From the NCBI GenBank assembly GCA_029856435.1, contig JAHQXB010000149.1, positions 1-18,719 of the forward strand: a DNA stretch of 18,719 bases, written 5' to 3'. Under the pieces are notes generated by a model. That model ran no database searches and had not been told where the DNA came from. It saw nothing but the letters and a program-made list of their open reading frames with translations. Made by a program: the position numbers and the translations under genes. This document shows, one piece after another, positions 1-9,705 of the stretch. The stretch's first letter is position 1. Each line of letters begins with the position of its first letter. This DNA is from Candidatus Jordarchaeia archaeon. GTDB lineage: Archaea > Asgardarchaeota > Jordiarchaeia > Jordiarchaeales > Jordiarchaeaceae.

Positions 1-200
1 TTCCCCGGCAATCTAAAACTCCCTCCGATTATTAATGAGTAATTGTTTCTCAAAAATTGCCCAAAAAAGGAGCCCAAAACTTGAACGTCGAACCAAAAAA
101 GTTTACACCCCCCCACAACCTAGATTTAGGGACTTTCTCGCCAACAATTTTGCAACTCTCAAATTTGCGGAGAGGTTAAAAGGGGACTCATAATTAGGGT

Positions 201-755
201 TTAGGTGCCTCGTATCCTAGCCACTATGAGTTCTAAATAGGATCTTCTTTCGGTATTCTCTCTTGATAAACCTAATTTGTCCAGTATGGATAATAATTCT
301 TCTCTTTTGGCTTCGATTTGTTTAATATCTTCAATATCAGACTCTAACTCCAAGAAGTTACCTAAATCCTGTACACAATCAATGGAAGCAACTACCCTTC
401 CATTTATGTCAAACATCTCTCTAGATTTAACCACCCAAGCTAATGGGATAATCCCTATTCTTTGGAAAATATTCAGAATCGTCTCAAAATTGTCCACATA
501 AACAGATAACTCTTCCCTAGTTTTTGACAGGGAATCTATTTTTGGACCCTTATATGTTAATTGAACACCCTCCTGTGACGTGCGCAACCTTAACGCTTCA
601 TCAGTTTCCGCAAAATTCCTTGAAGGATGTTGCAAGTAGACATCCTTCTGAAAAACCGTCTTTACATATTTTGCGCCAAATTCTTGAACCAATTTTTCAA
701 TGATCCCCTTAGGATCATCTATGGGACACTTTACTTCAACCTCAATCATAGCCAT
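201..755 (-). CDS. cyaB: CYTH-domain protein / class IV adenylate cyclase (CyaB-like)
   Basis: N-terminal EVEVK (ExExK) motif, QKDVYL, LRLR, LTYKGPK, REE, K-x-R, D-x-V-x-x-LG-x-FLELE and C-terminal RRSYLEL, all typical of archaeal CYTH proteins. True substrate (cyclase vs triphosphatase) is uncertain. Confidence 0.85.
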   Translation of the reverse strand: MAMIEVEVKCPIDDPKGIIEKLVQEFGAKYVKTVFQKDVYLQHPSRNFAETDEALRLRTSQEGVQLTYKGPKIDSLSKTREELSVYVDNFETILNIFQRIGIIPLAWVVKSREMFDINGRVVASIDCVQDLGNFLELESDIEDIKQIEAKREELLSILDKLGLSRENTERRSYLELIVARIRGT

Positions 756-1452
756 TCACAGCCTTACCAGTAAATATGTGAACGCCCTTTTCACATTAAA
801 TCTTTATTTATCGATTTGTAATTCAAAAACCTGTAGAAGCAATATGGGACGACTTTACTGTAAGATTGATTTATTTTTAAAATTCTGCTTTTGCGGGCTC
901 TTTTGTGAATCCACAATTTTTAATATGCGTTATTGATCCATTGAAAATTCCCAAAAAGTAGTGAGAGGTTAAAGGATTTATCAAAAGAAATAAATTGTAA
1001 TGAAAAACAAAATCACGCCAAAAACCCAACTAAGGTGTATAAAAAGCAAATTGGGATTCTATACTCAGTTAAGAAGGGGAGCGCAGCCATGGGGGTATTT
1101 TAAGATGCATAAATAAATATTTATTTTGGGTACTGTGTTGTATAATTTTTATTTTCTAATTTCTTTATATATTTGATATATTTTTTTATAATTTTACATT
1201 GTTAATTTAAAAAATTTTCAACAATTTAAGGAATAAATTTAAAAAAAGTAAAATTATGCAAAAAAACAATTTTGGGAAAAAATAAAAAAGGGAGAACAAT
1301 CTTTTTCTGTGAATGTCCAATAGGTTCTGGCGCTAAATTTCCCTCAGGGCTCTAAACTAGTTAATACAGGAAAATTGAGTTTCATTTACTTATTCCCACA
1401 AGCCTCTTGACTGAAACGCTAAATACTTGATTTCTAGTTGAAGGTGGCCGCC

Positions 1453-2838
1453 ATGAAGAATAAAATCGTTGAAGATTATAGGAAGCTTTTTTATGCCGAC
1501 TCAGTAGCTGTGATTGGTGCAACCTCCGATTTTACAAAACTCGGCTACTATGCTATGTTTTCCATGTTAAATTACAATGGGAAAGTGTTTCTGGTTAATC
1601 CCCACTTTAAGGAACTGGAAGGAAGAAAGGTTTACCCCTCAATCAGCGATGTTCCAGAAGATGTTGATTTAGCTGTTATAGTTGTTCCAGCTAAACTAGT
1701 ACCCGGCATACTGAAGGAGTGTGCCAAGAAAGGAGTGAAGGGAGCCTCCATAATCACTGCCCTTTTCAAAGAGATCGGCGAAGAGGGAGAAAAACTTCAA
1801 GAGGAGATAAAGTCCATCGCAGAAGAAGCAGGCATTAAGATAATCGGCCCTAACACAATTGGCTTCGCAAATATACACAGAGGTTTAAACGCCTCATTTA
1901 ACCCCTTATTCGCATGTTTGAGGAAAGGAAACATAGCGGTTTTTTGTCAGAGCGGAGGGATCTCATCGATACTAGGAAATATGGCTCTAGATGAAAACAT
2001 CGGTATAAGTAAAATAGCTAGTTTAGGCAACCGAGTTAACGTTGACTTCCCAGAAATTTTAGAGTACCTGCTATACGATGACGAAACTGATGTAATAGCT
2101 CTACACATAGAAGGGCTCAGCAACCCAAGGTCTTTTCTCGAAATAGCTCGAAGAGTAGTAAAAGAAAAACCAATAGTGGCTTATAAGGTGGGAAAAACGG
2201 ATATAAACAAGGCCGCCTACTCACACACTGGAGCTCTAGCTGGAGATTACAAACTGTACAGCGCTATGTTTAAACAGGCAGGCATCATACAAGTTGATAG
2301 CCCAATTGAGCTTTTAGACGCAGCTAAAGCGTTGGCACTCCAACCTGTCCCTGCCGGAAACAGAGTCGCTGTGCTCAGCCAACAGGCAGGAGCTGGTCTA
2401 GTACTTATTGATTTTTGTGCCATGAACGGACTAACAGTACCCCCATTTACAGATGAAACCAAAAAAAAGTTTGAAAAGCTCCTACCCCCCTACACTATTA
2501 GAACTAATCCCGTTGATTTGGCCTTTGCACCCCTTCCTTGGGGCAGAGCGGAAGCTGCAAAATTGGCTCTAGAAGACAAAAACATTGACGCCCTCATATA
2601 CTTTCAATTATATTTTCCCATGATGGGATTTCCTTCAGAGGAACTAGTGGAGTTTAGTAAGAAGTACGGTAAGCCCATAGTAGCAGTTTTAAACGGCCCC
2701 CAAAATACATGTAAAGAAGATGCAGCCAAGCTGGAAAAGGGGGGGATACCGGTATATCCTACACCAGAAAGAGGAGCAAAGGCCTTGGCATATCTAGCAC
2801 AGTACGGGCGAATACTGAAACGATTCTCTAAAAGGTAA
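1453..2838 (+). CDS. acdA: ADP-forming acetate/acyl-CoA ligase alpha subunit (ACD, CoA-binding)
   Basis: VAVIGA CoA-binding start, VPEDVDLAVIVVP, IIGPNTIG, QSGG, SLGN, EG, catalytic-His motif SHTGALAG and NPVD. Start moved from TTG 1438 to ATG 1453, which follows an AAGGTGG SD-like site. Confidence 0.88.
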   Translation: MKNKIVEDYRKLFYADSVAVIGATSDFTKLGYYAMFSMLNYNGKVFLVNPHFKELEGRKVYPSISDVPEDVDLAVIVVPAKLVPGILKECAKKGVKGASIITALFKEIGEEGEKLQEEIKSIAEEAGIKIIGPNTIGFANIHRGLNASFNPLFACLRKGNIAVFCQSGGISSILGNMALDENIGISKIASLGNRVNVDFPEILEYLLYDDETDVIALHIEGLSNPRSFLEIARRVVKEKPIVAYKVGKTDINKAAYSHTGALAGDYKLYSAMFKQAGIIQVDSPIELLDAAKALALQPVPAGNRVAVLSQQAGAGLVLIDFCAMNGLTVPPFTDETKKKFEKLLPPYTIRTNPVDLAFAPLPWGRAEAAKLALEDKNIDALIYFQLYFPMMGFPSEELVEFSKKYGKPIVAVLNGPQNTCKEDAAKLEKGGIPVYPTPERGAKALAYLAQYGRILKRFSKR

Positions 2839-2911
2839 ATCCATCCCTTTGAAATATTGAAAAGGAGGGGTTTGAAAACTTTTTTGAGTTAAAAATATGT
2901 AGATTTGTAAG

Positions 2912-4021
2912 CTACTGTTCCCTCATTATTTCTCGGAGCGCCTCTACACATTTACGATTTTCTTCCATGCTACGCACAGTTATTCGTATGTATTCTCCTT
3001 CGAGACCCGCTTTTCCAGAGTATTTTCTTGTCAGTACCTGTTTGTCCGCAAGCTTCCATTCTAGGTCTGTTCCAGTAACATTAGGTTTCGTAATTTTTAC
3101 TAGGAGGAAGTTTGCCTGTGAAGGGAAAGCCTTTAACCCATTGATTGCCGAGATTTCCTTGTAAAGGTATTCTCTACCTTTTACTATTTCATTTCTCACT
3201 TTTTTGAGATATTCCTTATCGCTTAGTGCGGCTATGGCTGCCTGAACTGCGATGTAATTTACATTAAATGGAATTTTTATTTTTGTTAAATAATTTATTA
3301 TTTCCGGCGTTGCAATTGTGTAGCCAATTCTCAGAGCTGCTAGACCGAATGCTTTAGAGAGCGTTCTGGTAATTATCACGTTCTCATATTCTCTGGCAAG
3401 ATGAGTCAATTGTTTATCCGCAAATTCACCGTAAGCCTCATCGAGAACCACGAGAACATCTTGCCCCAAGATCTCCCTTATATCTTTCTCAGCTATCGTG
3501 TTGCCTACAGGATTGCAGGGACTATCTATAACAACAAGTTTGGTTCTCGGCGTTATGGCTTTAATTATTTCCTTAACATCCCAATAATAGTTTGGAAGAG
3601 TTTTAGGAACTACAATACTTTTACCCCCTGCAACATGTATCCTTATGGGGTAAAGGGGGTAGGTGGGATCTGAAAGAATCACCTCATCGCCCGGATTAAT
3701 GAACCCCCTAAAAATCATGTCCAGAATCTCTGTACTACCATTTCCAACTAAAATTCTCTCTTTATCAAACCCTGTGTAATTCGCTAAAGCTTCTCTAAGA
3801 TCTGTAAAATCTGAATCATAGTACCAACCTACTTTGTGAACAGCCTCTTCAACCGCCTCTACCACCCTAGGAGAAGGCTCAAATGGGCTTTCATTAGACA
3901 TCATTCTTATCCAGTCTTGACGTTGCTGGTAAAGAACCCTTAAAATTCCTCCTGGGCTATAAACATCTGCCGCATCAATATATTTCTTGAAAAATTTTTT
4001 AATATCACTCAATTTGCACAC
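2912..4021 (-). CDS. PLP-dependent class I/II aminotransferase, histidinol-phosphate aminotransferase (HisC)/CobD-like
   Basis: SNESPF, GNGSTE, DSPCNPVG, LDEAYGEF, PLP-lysine motif RTLSKAFGLAALRIGY, SQANFLLV and IRITV. Start may be TTG at 4012. Confidence 0.8.
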   Translation of the reverse strand: MCKLSDIKKFFKKYIDAADVYSPGGILRVLYQQRQDWIRMMSNESPFEPSPRVVEAVEEAVHKVGWYYDSDFTDLREALANYTGFDKERILVGNGSTEILDMIFRGFINPGDEVILSDPTYPLYPIRIHVAGGKSIVVPKTLPNYYWDVKEIIKAITPRTKLVVIDSPCNPVGNTIAEKDIREILGQDVLVVLDEAYGEFADKQLTHLAREYENVIITRTLSKAFGLAALRIGYTIATPEIINYLTKIKIPFNVNYIAVQAAIAALSDKEYLKKVRNEIVKGREYLYKEISAINGLKAFPSQANFLLVKITKPNVTGTDLEWKLADKQVLTRKYSGKAGLEGEYIRITVRSMEENRKCVEALREIMREQ

Positions 4022-4083
4022 CCCAAAACAAACTATTAACCCAAGCGAAAAATGACAGATATTTAAAGTATCGTAGCTTCTAA

Positions 4084-4839
4084 TTATACTTTTTGGAATA
4101 TAGCTGTTATATTCATCGCAGTGTAAGCTGCGGGTTTCGAGCCTTCAAACTTTCTCCATTGAGTTTCCACAAACTGTCTAATTTTTTTGGGGAGAAGGCT
4201 TCTTTTCCTAATCTTCATTTTGTGCAGGTTCCGGATAAATAGAGGCCAAACATCCCACCCCGAAAGCTTCACCAATTTAAGAGAGTATTTCTTACCAATT
4301 TTTTTCATGTCCTGAACAGAGTAGCTCCTCTCCCAAACCATCGGCCAATTATCAAAATAAATCAGGACAGTTTTATAGACGTTATACAGCGAATAAGTTT
4401 GAGGAGCGTCAATTACCAGATATCCCTGTTTTTTCAGCACACGAATTTGCTCCTTAATTAGTTTTTCAGGCTCCCGAAAATGCTCAATCAAGCCTTGAGA
4501 AAACACAAGATCAAAGGAGTTATCTTTAAAGGGAAGATTCTCTCCATCAGCCTGAATGCAGATTAGCGGCAGATAATTAGAGTAGAACTTTTTCTTAATC
4601 ATTTTCGCCGTTGCATAATCTAAAGCATAGGATTGCGCCCCATATTTTGACAGAAGCCAGCTATCTCTACCAGACCCAGCGCCAACCTCTAAAATTCTCA
4701 GCCCTGCCACATTATAGTTAAGTTGATTAAGAATTTGTTGCACAATATGGCTATGCGGCGTATAGCTTTTGTGCACTGCTCTAAACCAAACCTTCCAAAA
4801 ATTTTTGTCATCCATTTTTTTATTTCTTGAGGCTTCCAT
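4084..4839 (-). CDS. Class I SAM-dependent methyltransferase (Methyltransf_11-like)
   Basis: Motif I ILEVGAGSGR, DGENLPFKDNSFDLVFSQGLIEHF and EQIRVLKKQG. Start may be the second Met (MDDKNFW). Confidence 0.85.
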   Translation of the reverse strand: MEASRNKKMDDKNFWKVWFRAVHKSYTPHSHIVQQILNQLNYNVAGLRILEVGAGSGRDSWLLSKYGAQSYALDYATAKMIKKKFYSNYLPLICIQADGENLPFKDNSFDLVFSQGLIEHFREPEKLIKEQIRVLKKQGYLVIDAPQTYSLYNVYKTVLIYFDNWPMVWERSYSVQDMKKIGKKYSLKLVKLSGWDVWPLFIRNLHKMKIRKRSLLPKKIRQFVETQWRKFEGSKPAAYTAMNITAIFQKV

Positions 4840-5061
4840 TCCGGTTTCATCGTCTCCTAAAAATAACCATCATAAATTTACTCAAACCCACATCCACTAA
4901 CTAGTTTTAACTTATGATTTTTCAAATTTGCAGTTTCGGAAATAATTTTTGATAAGCTTTAACTCCAAATAGAGTAGGGGTGAGGGAAGCTTATGAATAG
5001 GCCACTCCTCAAACGCAGGTGATTTACGTGTCGGCATGTTTGTGATTCCAATGGAACCTAG

Positions 5062-5766
5062 TTATACTTCTTTTCTTGTGTATACTACTATACTTTTTGG
5101 CCAGAGATTATTCCAGAAATTCTCAATTTTTTTGAGTAGCTTGAGACGAAGGGAGAATACGAGTATTTTTTCCCAGAAAGCAGGGATTAAAGCTTTCTGG
5201 TTTTTTAGGCCGGATAGGCATTTTAACATCCAAAAAACGGAGTGGAAGGCATGTTCACGGCACACGTATAATATTTTCAAACCACTTTTTTGCAATTTTT
5301 GTAGTAATTCTTTTTTCGTATAAATCCTTACATGGCCTCCGGGAGTTCTGAAGTACTCATATGAAATTTTGCCGAATAATCTCTCTGTGTAGGGCGTTGG
5401 CACGCTGACCGCCATTTCCTCATGGTTTTTTAGAACTCTCACTAGTTCCCTCATCCCCTTCACATCTTTATACAAGTGTTCTAAGACTTCGGTGCAAATT
5501 ATTTTTGAAAAAGACTCGTCTTTAAAGGGTAGCTGAAGAACATCTCCAACAATTAGAACCACGTTTCCCTTTAATTCGCCCTTTTGCGCCATAAGATCAA
5601 GGACATATTTCAGCCTCTTTAACTCACTTAGTGAACTATCAACAGCTACAAATTTGGAATCATGCCACTTGCTTCCTTCCATAGTGTGTCGACCGGAGCC
5701 ACACCCAGCATCTAGAACTAGGTCATTTTCCAAAATTTGCAAAAGGTTTAATTTAACGGTAAGCAT
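5062..5766 (-). CDS. Class I SAM-dependent methyltransferase, translationally coupled to the upstream GT4
   Basis: VLDAGCGSGRH, GDVLQLPFKDESF, CTEVLEH and GGHVRIY. Start overlaps the GT4 stop by 14 nt. Confidence 0.87.
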   Translation of the reverse strand: MLTVKLNLLQILENDLVLDAGCGSGRHTMEGSKWHDSKFVAVDSSLSELKRLKYVLDLMAQKGELKGNVVLIVGDVLQLPFKDESFSKIICTEVLEHLYKDVKGMRELVRVLKNHEEMAVSVPTPYTERLFGKISYEYFRTPGGHVRIYTKKELLQKLQKSGLKILYVCREHAFHSVFWMLKCLSGLKNQKALIPAFWEKILVFSLRLKLLKKIENFWNNLWPKSIVVYTRKEV

Positions 5767-7009
5767 CTATGGTCTCCCTGTAAATTTTTAATACTTGTTC
5801 TGCAGCTTTTCTCCAAGTGAAAAGCTTTTCCGCCCTCTCTCTGCCTCTTTTTCCCATGTTTTCCCTCAATTCTCTGTCCTTCAAAATTTTAGCGGCTGCC
5901 TTTGCCAAAGCTCTCCAATCTCCAGGCTCTGCCAGTATTCCCGTCTTACCATCATCTACAACCTGTGGGAGGGCGCCTACTTTGAAAGCCACGACGGGAG
6001 TTCCGCAGGCCATGGCTTCAACTGCTGGGAAGCAGAATCCTTCAAAAAGTGATGGAATTATTATCAGATCCGTTGTTGCGTAGCGCTTGGATAGTTCTTC
6101 GAAGGTTAGAGGACCTGTGAATACTATGTCGTTTTCCAGGCCATATCTTTTTATGAGGGGAGGGGCGATACCCTCCTCCTTCCACTTATCAACTATTGTT
6201 AACTTAACATTCATTCTCAAATTATCTTTGAGATATCTCAAAGTTTTGAGAAGGAGGGGTAGCCCCTTAACCCGATTCTCACAGTTGCCAACAAAGGTTA
6301 CATCATATGCGTCATCAAGCTCTTTCTTGGGTTTTTCTCTTGTGTGGAATAATTCGGTGTCCACGCCATTATGGACTACACTTATTCTTTCTCGGGGTAT
6401 TTTGAAGTGTTTAACTATCTCTCTTGCCGAAAATTCTGAAACCGTTATTATTTTGTTGATCCTCTTTGCCACTATTTTCTGCATAAATTGTGGGTAGAAT
6501 AGTATCTGTTTTAACTTTGTTTTGGCATCCTCAGAAAGATACATTGCAATTTGTCTATCGATTGGCAGAGGGTGATGTATCGTAGCTACTAAGGGAATAT
6601 GTAAAGCTTTCATTAGTAGGAGTCCGTAGCCTAAACATTGATTATCATGAATAATGTCGAACTGGTAATCTTTAATTAATTCTTTTATCTTGAAGAAAGC
6701 TCGAATGCTGAAACTCATTATCTCAGGAAAATTTCCAAATTTTGCAGCCGTATATTCGTAGAAGGTCAAAAGGGATAAGTTTTCTGAGGTAACCCTGTCA
6801 CCATTTAGTTCGTTAAATCTAGGAGTTTTAATTTTGTGTACTGTAGCCCACTTCATTTTATAAGGATAGGGAGGCCCCACAATTACATGAACTTCGTTTC
6901 CCAGCTCCGCTAGTGCTTTTGAAAGGTTGTAGAGATAAACTCCTTGACCGCCACAGTACATGTTTCCTCTGTAGCTTAGCAGGCATATTCTCATTAGTTT
7001 ACCTCCCAT
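5753..7009 (-). CDS. GT4 (GT-B) glycosyltransferase
   Basis: N-terminal LLSYRGNMYCGGQGVY, HDNQCLGYG, TIHHP, HNGVD, RVKG and C-terminal PSLFEGFCFPAVEAMACGTPVV (E-x7-E). Overlaps both neighbours. Confidence 0.9.
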   Translation of the reverse strand: MGGKLMRICLLSYRGNMYCGGQGVYLYNLSKALAELGNEVHVIVGPPYPYKMKWATVHKIKTPRFNELNGDRVTSENLSLLTFYEYTAAKFGNFPEIMSFSIRAFFKIKELIKDYQFDIIHDNQCLGYGLLLMKALHIPLVATIHHPLPIDRQIAMYLSEDAKTKLKQILFYPQFMQKIVAKRINKIITVSEFSAREIVKHFKIPRERISVVHNGVDTELFHTREKPKKELDDAYDVTFVGNCENRVKGLPLLLKTLRYLKDNLRMNVKLTIVDKWKEEGIAPPLIKRYGLENDIVFTGPLTFEELSKRYATTDLIIIPSLFEGFCFPAVEAMACGTPVVAFKVGALPQVVDDGKTGILAEPGDWRALAKAAAKILKDRELRENMGKRGRERAEKLFTWRKAAEQVLKIYRETIDAYR

Positions 7010-8288
7010 TAATAGCTTCTTGGTACACGTTAAGATACTTATCCACAGCCTTTCTCACATTAAACTTTTCCTCAACGATTTGCCTGGCTCTCTCCCCCAT
7101 TTTCCTCTTGAGCTCTTTATCCGAGAGTAGTTCAGAAGTTTTTGCCGCCAGTTCGTTAATGTTTCCCTTTTCTACAAGAAATCCACTACGACCATTTTCA
7201 ATCTGCACGCCTACACCTCCCACATTATAAGCGACGACGGGCCTTTCTGAAGCCATAGCTTCAGTTATGGATAGACCAAAACCCTCCATCTTTGAGGGAA
7301 GAACAACCACATCTGCCATTTTGTAGACTTTGGGTATGTCCTTGTGGGGGACATGTCCCATAAAAATTGTATCATTTTCCAAATCTAATTTCTCCACTAG
7401 TTTCTGAATACTTGCTCTTCTCTGTCCCCTAATTTCTAGAACATTGTCGCTTAACGAGCCATTACCCACAAGAACCAGTTTAGCATTTCTATGTTGCTTT
7501 TTAATTATAGAGAATGCTTTTAGAAGCTCTTCATGACTTTTTACTGGATCTATTCTTGCAACACACAATACTATTTCTGAGTCTAAGGGAATTCCCTTCT
7601 CCTTTTTGAATTTGTAACCTTCCTTCTCATCTAAATAAAATCTGCTTGGTTCAACAAAGGGGTGAATGCAAACCAGTTTTTCTTCGGGCACACCTAAGAG
7701 CTTTGCATAATTTAGATAATCCTGAGTTGAAAAAATAACTTTGTCACACTTTTTCAGTTTAGCGGTTGCCTGCCTCCCTAACTTCTCTCCCATATTACTG
7801 GTAAATGGAACATGCCAAGTATAAACCACGGGAACAGAAAAATCAAGGTAATCAGGCGTTAGGTGCAGCTGCCAATCGTGAGGGTTGACTATATCAATTT
7901 TTTTACTGGAACAGATTTGATTAATTTTTGAAGCCATAACTTTGTTAAATTTTACAAACTCTTTGTAGCCCTCTCTACTCCATTTTCCCTCAACTCTTAA
8001 TCCGTGGATTTGTTCATAAAGTCTCTCCTTAAATAAGGAGTAACGATTCCAACTCTCCTTTTTATCACCTAAACCCACCCGGTACACCTTCACACCCTCA
8101 ACTTCTTCCACAGAGGGCGTGGAAGGCTTACCCAAGTGAACCTCGTAAACCTCAAATTTTCTCCTCAGAAATTCCTGAGAGAGATAATAAAGATAATAGG
8201 AAACGCCCCCCACATATGGATAAAAAGAATGACTGGCAAGACAAATTTTGCGGATGCCACCACTCCGGGAGCTTAATTCATTAGACAT
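6999..8288 (-). CDS. GT4 glycosyltransferase with trehalose-synthase-like (TreT/OtsA-like) motifs
   Basis: FYPYVGGV, HDWQL, WHVPF, VARIDPVK and PSKMEGFGLSITEAMASERPVVAYNVGGVGVQIENG. Product is unknown. Confidence 0.85.
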   Translation of the reverse strand: MSNELSSRSGGIRKICLASHSFYPYVGGVSYYLYYLSQEFLRRKFEVYEVHLGKPSTPSVEEVEGVKVYRVGLGDKKESWNRYSLFKERLYEQIHGLRVEGKWSREGYKEFVKFNKVMASKINQICSSKKIDIVNPHDWQLHLTPDYLDFSVPVVYTWHVPFTSNMGEKLGRQATAKLKKCDKVIFSTQDYLNYAKLLGVPEEKLVCIHPFVEPSRFYLDEKEGYKFKKEKGIPLDSEIVLCVARIDPVKSHEELLKAFSIIKKQHRNAKLVLVGNGSLSDNVLEIRGQRRASIQKLVEKLDLENDTIFMGHVPHKDIPKVYKMADVVVLPSKMEGFGLSITEAMASERPVVAYNVGGVGVQIENGRSGFLVEKGNINELAAKTSELLSDKELKRKMGERARQIVEEKFNVRKAVDKYLNVYQEAINGR

Positions 8289-8734
8289 TTATTTCTCCTC
8301 ATCCCAAATAGGTGATGACAGACTTTCTTAATTAAGTGTCTTGCTTAACCCTTCAGTCAACTTGAAGTTCCTAATTGGAATCGCCGATTCTTGTTTTTAT
8401 TGAGAGCGGGAACTATTGTTTTTCAGGGTTATTAAAATATTTTTTGTCTTATTACACATTTATCTGACAGTGAGATTAAAAGAGGAGCTTACTCCATTTC
8501 AAAGAGTGTAAATTTATGGGTTGACAAAGGAATTGATGAACAATTTAAACCTTTCGCGAAAGCGGTTATGCGGATTCGAAGGAAGTTTTTCATTTCAAGG
8601 TTCTAAATTGGAAAAGTAGTCTATAAAAGCTCGTTTTAAATAAGAAATTGAATAATTTAGAATCAGGGTTCTCTCAGGTTGGACAAATTTTTAAGAGATA
8701 ATAAATTATTATACTTCAACAAAATATATTTCAA

Positions 8735-9598
8735 ATGAAGGAGTGGAGAGAAGTGTATAGCGAGGAAGAAATAAAAAAGGCTGCAAAGGATATCCTTAAC
8801 TCCCAGAGAATTGTGGTCTTAACTGGAGCAGGTATCTCAACGGAGAGCGGAATACCTGATTTCAGAGGCACCGACGGTTTATGGAAAAAATATAATCCCG
8901 ACGATTTTACCTATTCGAAATTCCTATCGGATCCGGCGAAGTACTGGAAAATGTCTTTAGAGTTGGGCAAATTTTTTCTATCCTCACAACCAAAACCGAA
9001 CCCTGCCCATTTGGCACTTGCCAGACTTGAAGAGTTAGGTAAACTGAAATGCATTATAACTCAAAATGTGGACGGACTACATCAAGCTGCTGGAAATACC
9101 GACGTCATAGAATTTCACGGTAACCTTCGCAGAGTTGTATGCATAGCCTGCGAAGAGCGATACCCTCACGATTTAGCAATGGAAAAGGCCAGCAATGGAG
9201 AACTACCTCCCAGATGTGATAAGTGTGGAGGCATACTAAAACCTGATGCAGTCTTGTTTGAAGAACCAATACCCAGATATGCTCTGGACAGAGCGCTTGA
9301 AGAAGCTAGAAACTGTGACCTCATGATAGTGATTGGAACATCCGCCGTAGTGTATCCCGCCGCCGAGTTACCACGAATTGCGAAGGAACGTGATGGTTAC
9401 CGTATGGGATTCTTCGGATTTTATAGCCATTCTAGAGTATCTAATCACACTAAAGGCGCCAAAGTAATTGAAATAAATGCGGAACCCACACCACTTACCG
9501 GCATTGTTTCTGATTATCTAATTGAAGGAAAAGCTGGAGAGATACTTCCAAAAATAGTGAAGGAAGTGGAGAAACTATTAGGTTCACAGAAACCATAA
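8735..9598 (+). CDS. cobB: Sir2/CobB NAD-dependent protein deacylase
   Basis: TGAGISTESGIPDFRG, TQNVDGLHQAAG, FHG, Zn ribbon CIAC...CDKC, KPDAVLF, GTSAVVYPAA and EIN. It lacks the Y-x-x-R desuccinylase pair (KYWKMSLEL), which suggests a deacetylase. Confidence 0.92.
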   Translation: MKEWREVYSEEEIKKAAKDILNSQRIVVLTGAGISTESGIPDFRGTDGLWKKYNPDDFTYSKFLSDPAKYWKMSLELGKFFLSSQPKPNPAHLALARLEELGKLKCIITQNVDGLHQAAGNTDVIEFHGNLRRVVCIACEERYPHDLAMEKASNGELPPRCDKCGGILKPDAVLFEEPIPRYALDRALEEARNCDLMIVIGTSAVVYPAAELPRIAKERDGYRMGFFGFYSHSRVSNHTKGAKVIEINAEPTPLTGIVSDYLIEGKAGEILPKIVKEVEKLLGSQKP

Positions 9599-9705
9599 TT
9601 TTTAAGAAATATACGCCCCATTAAGTACACAGCCTCTTGAAAAAAGGAGACATTAATCCTATAAACCCCCTATCCTATTCTAATGGGAAAATGGGGGTGT
9701 GAATA

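Noticed and set aside
1-30. Start of a minus-strand gene (GGAGG SD, then TTG at 11-9)
   Set aside because: Only three codons lie in the window, so it cannot be assessed.
2839-2911. Intrinsic hairpin terminator between acdA and the hisC-like gene
   Set aside because: Only a weak CCTTT/AAAGG stem is present. T-tracts exist but cannot be assigned confidently.
8311-8380. C/D box sRNA starting at GTGATGA
   Set aside because: No CTGA D box at a suitable distance on the same strand.
8545-8590. Structured RNA around the CGC-GAAA-GCG hairpin
   Set aside because: The stem is too short and there is no other support.
9390-9454. BHB mRNA intron in the Sir2 gene
   Set aside because: No central helix with two 3-nt bulges could be formed, and the insert is in frame without stops.
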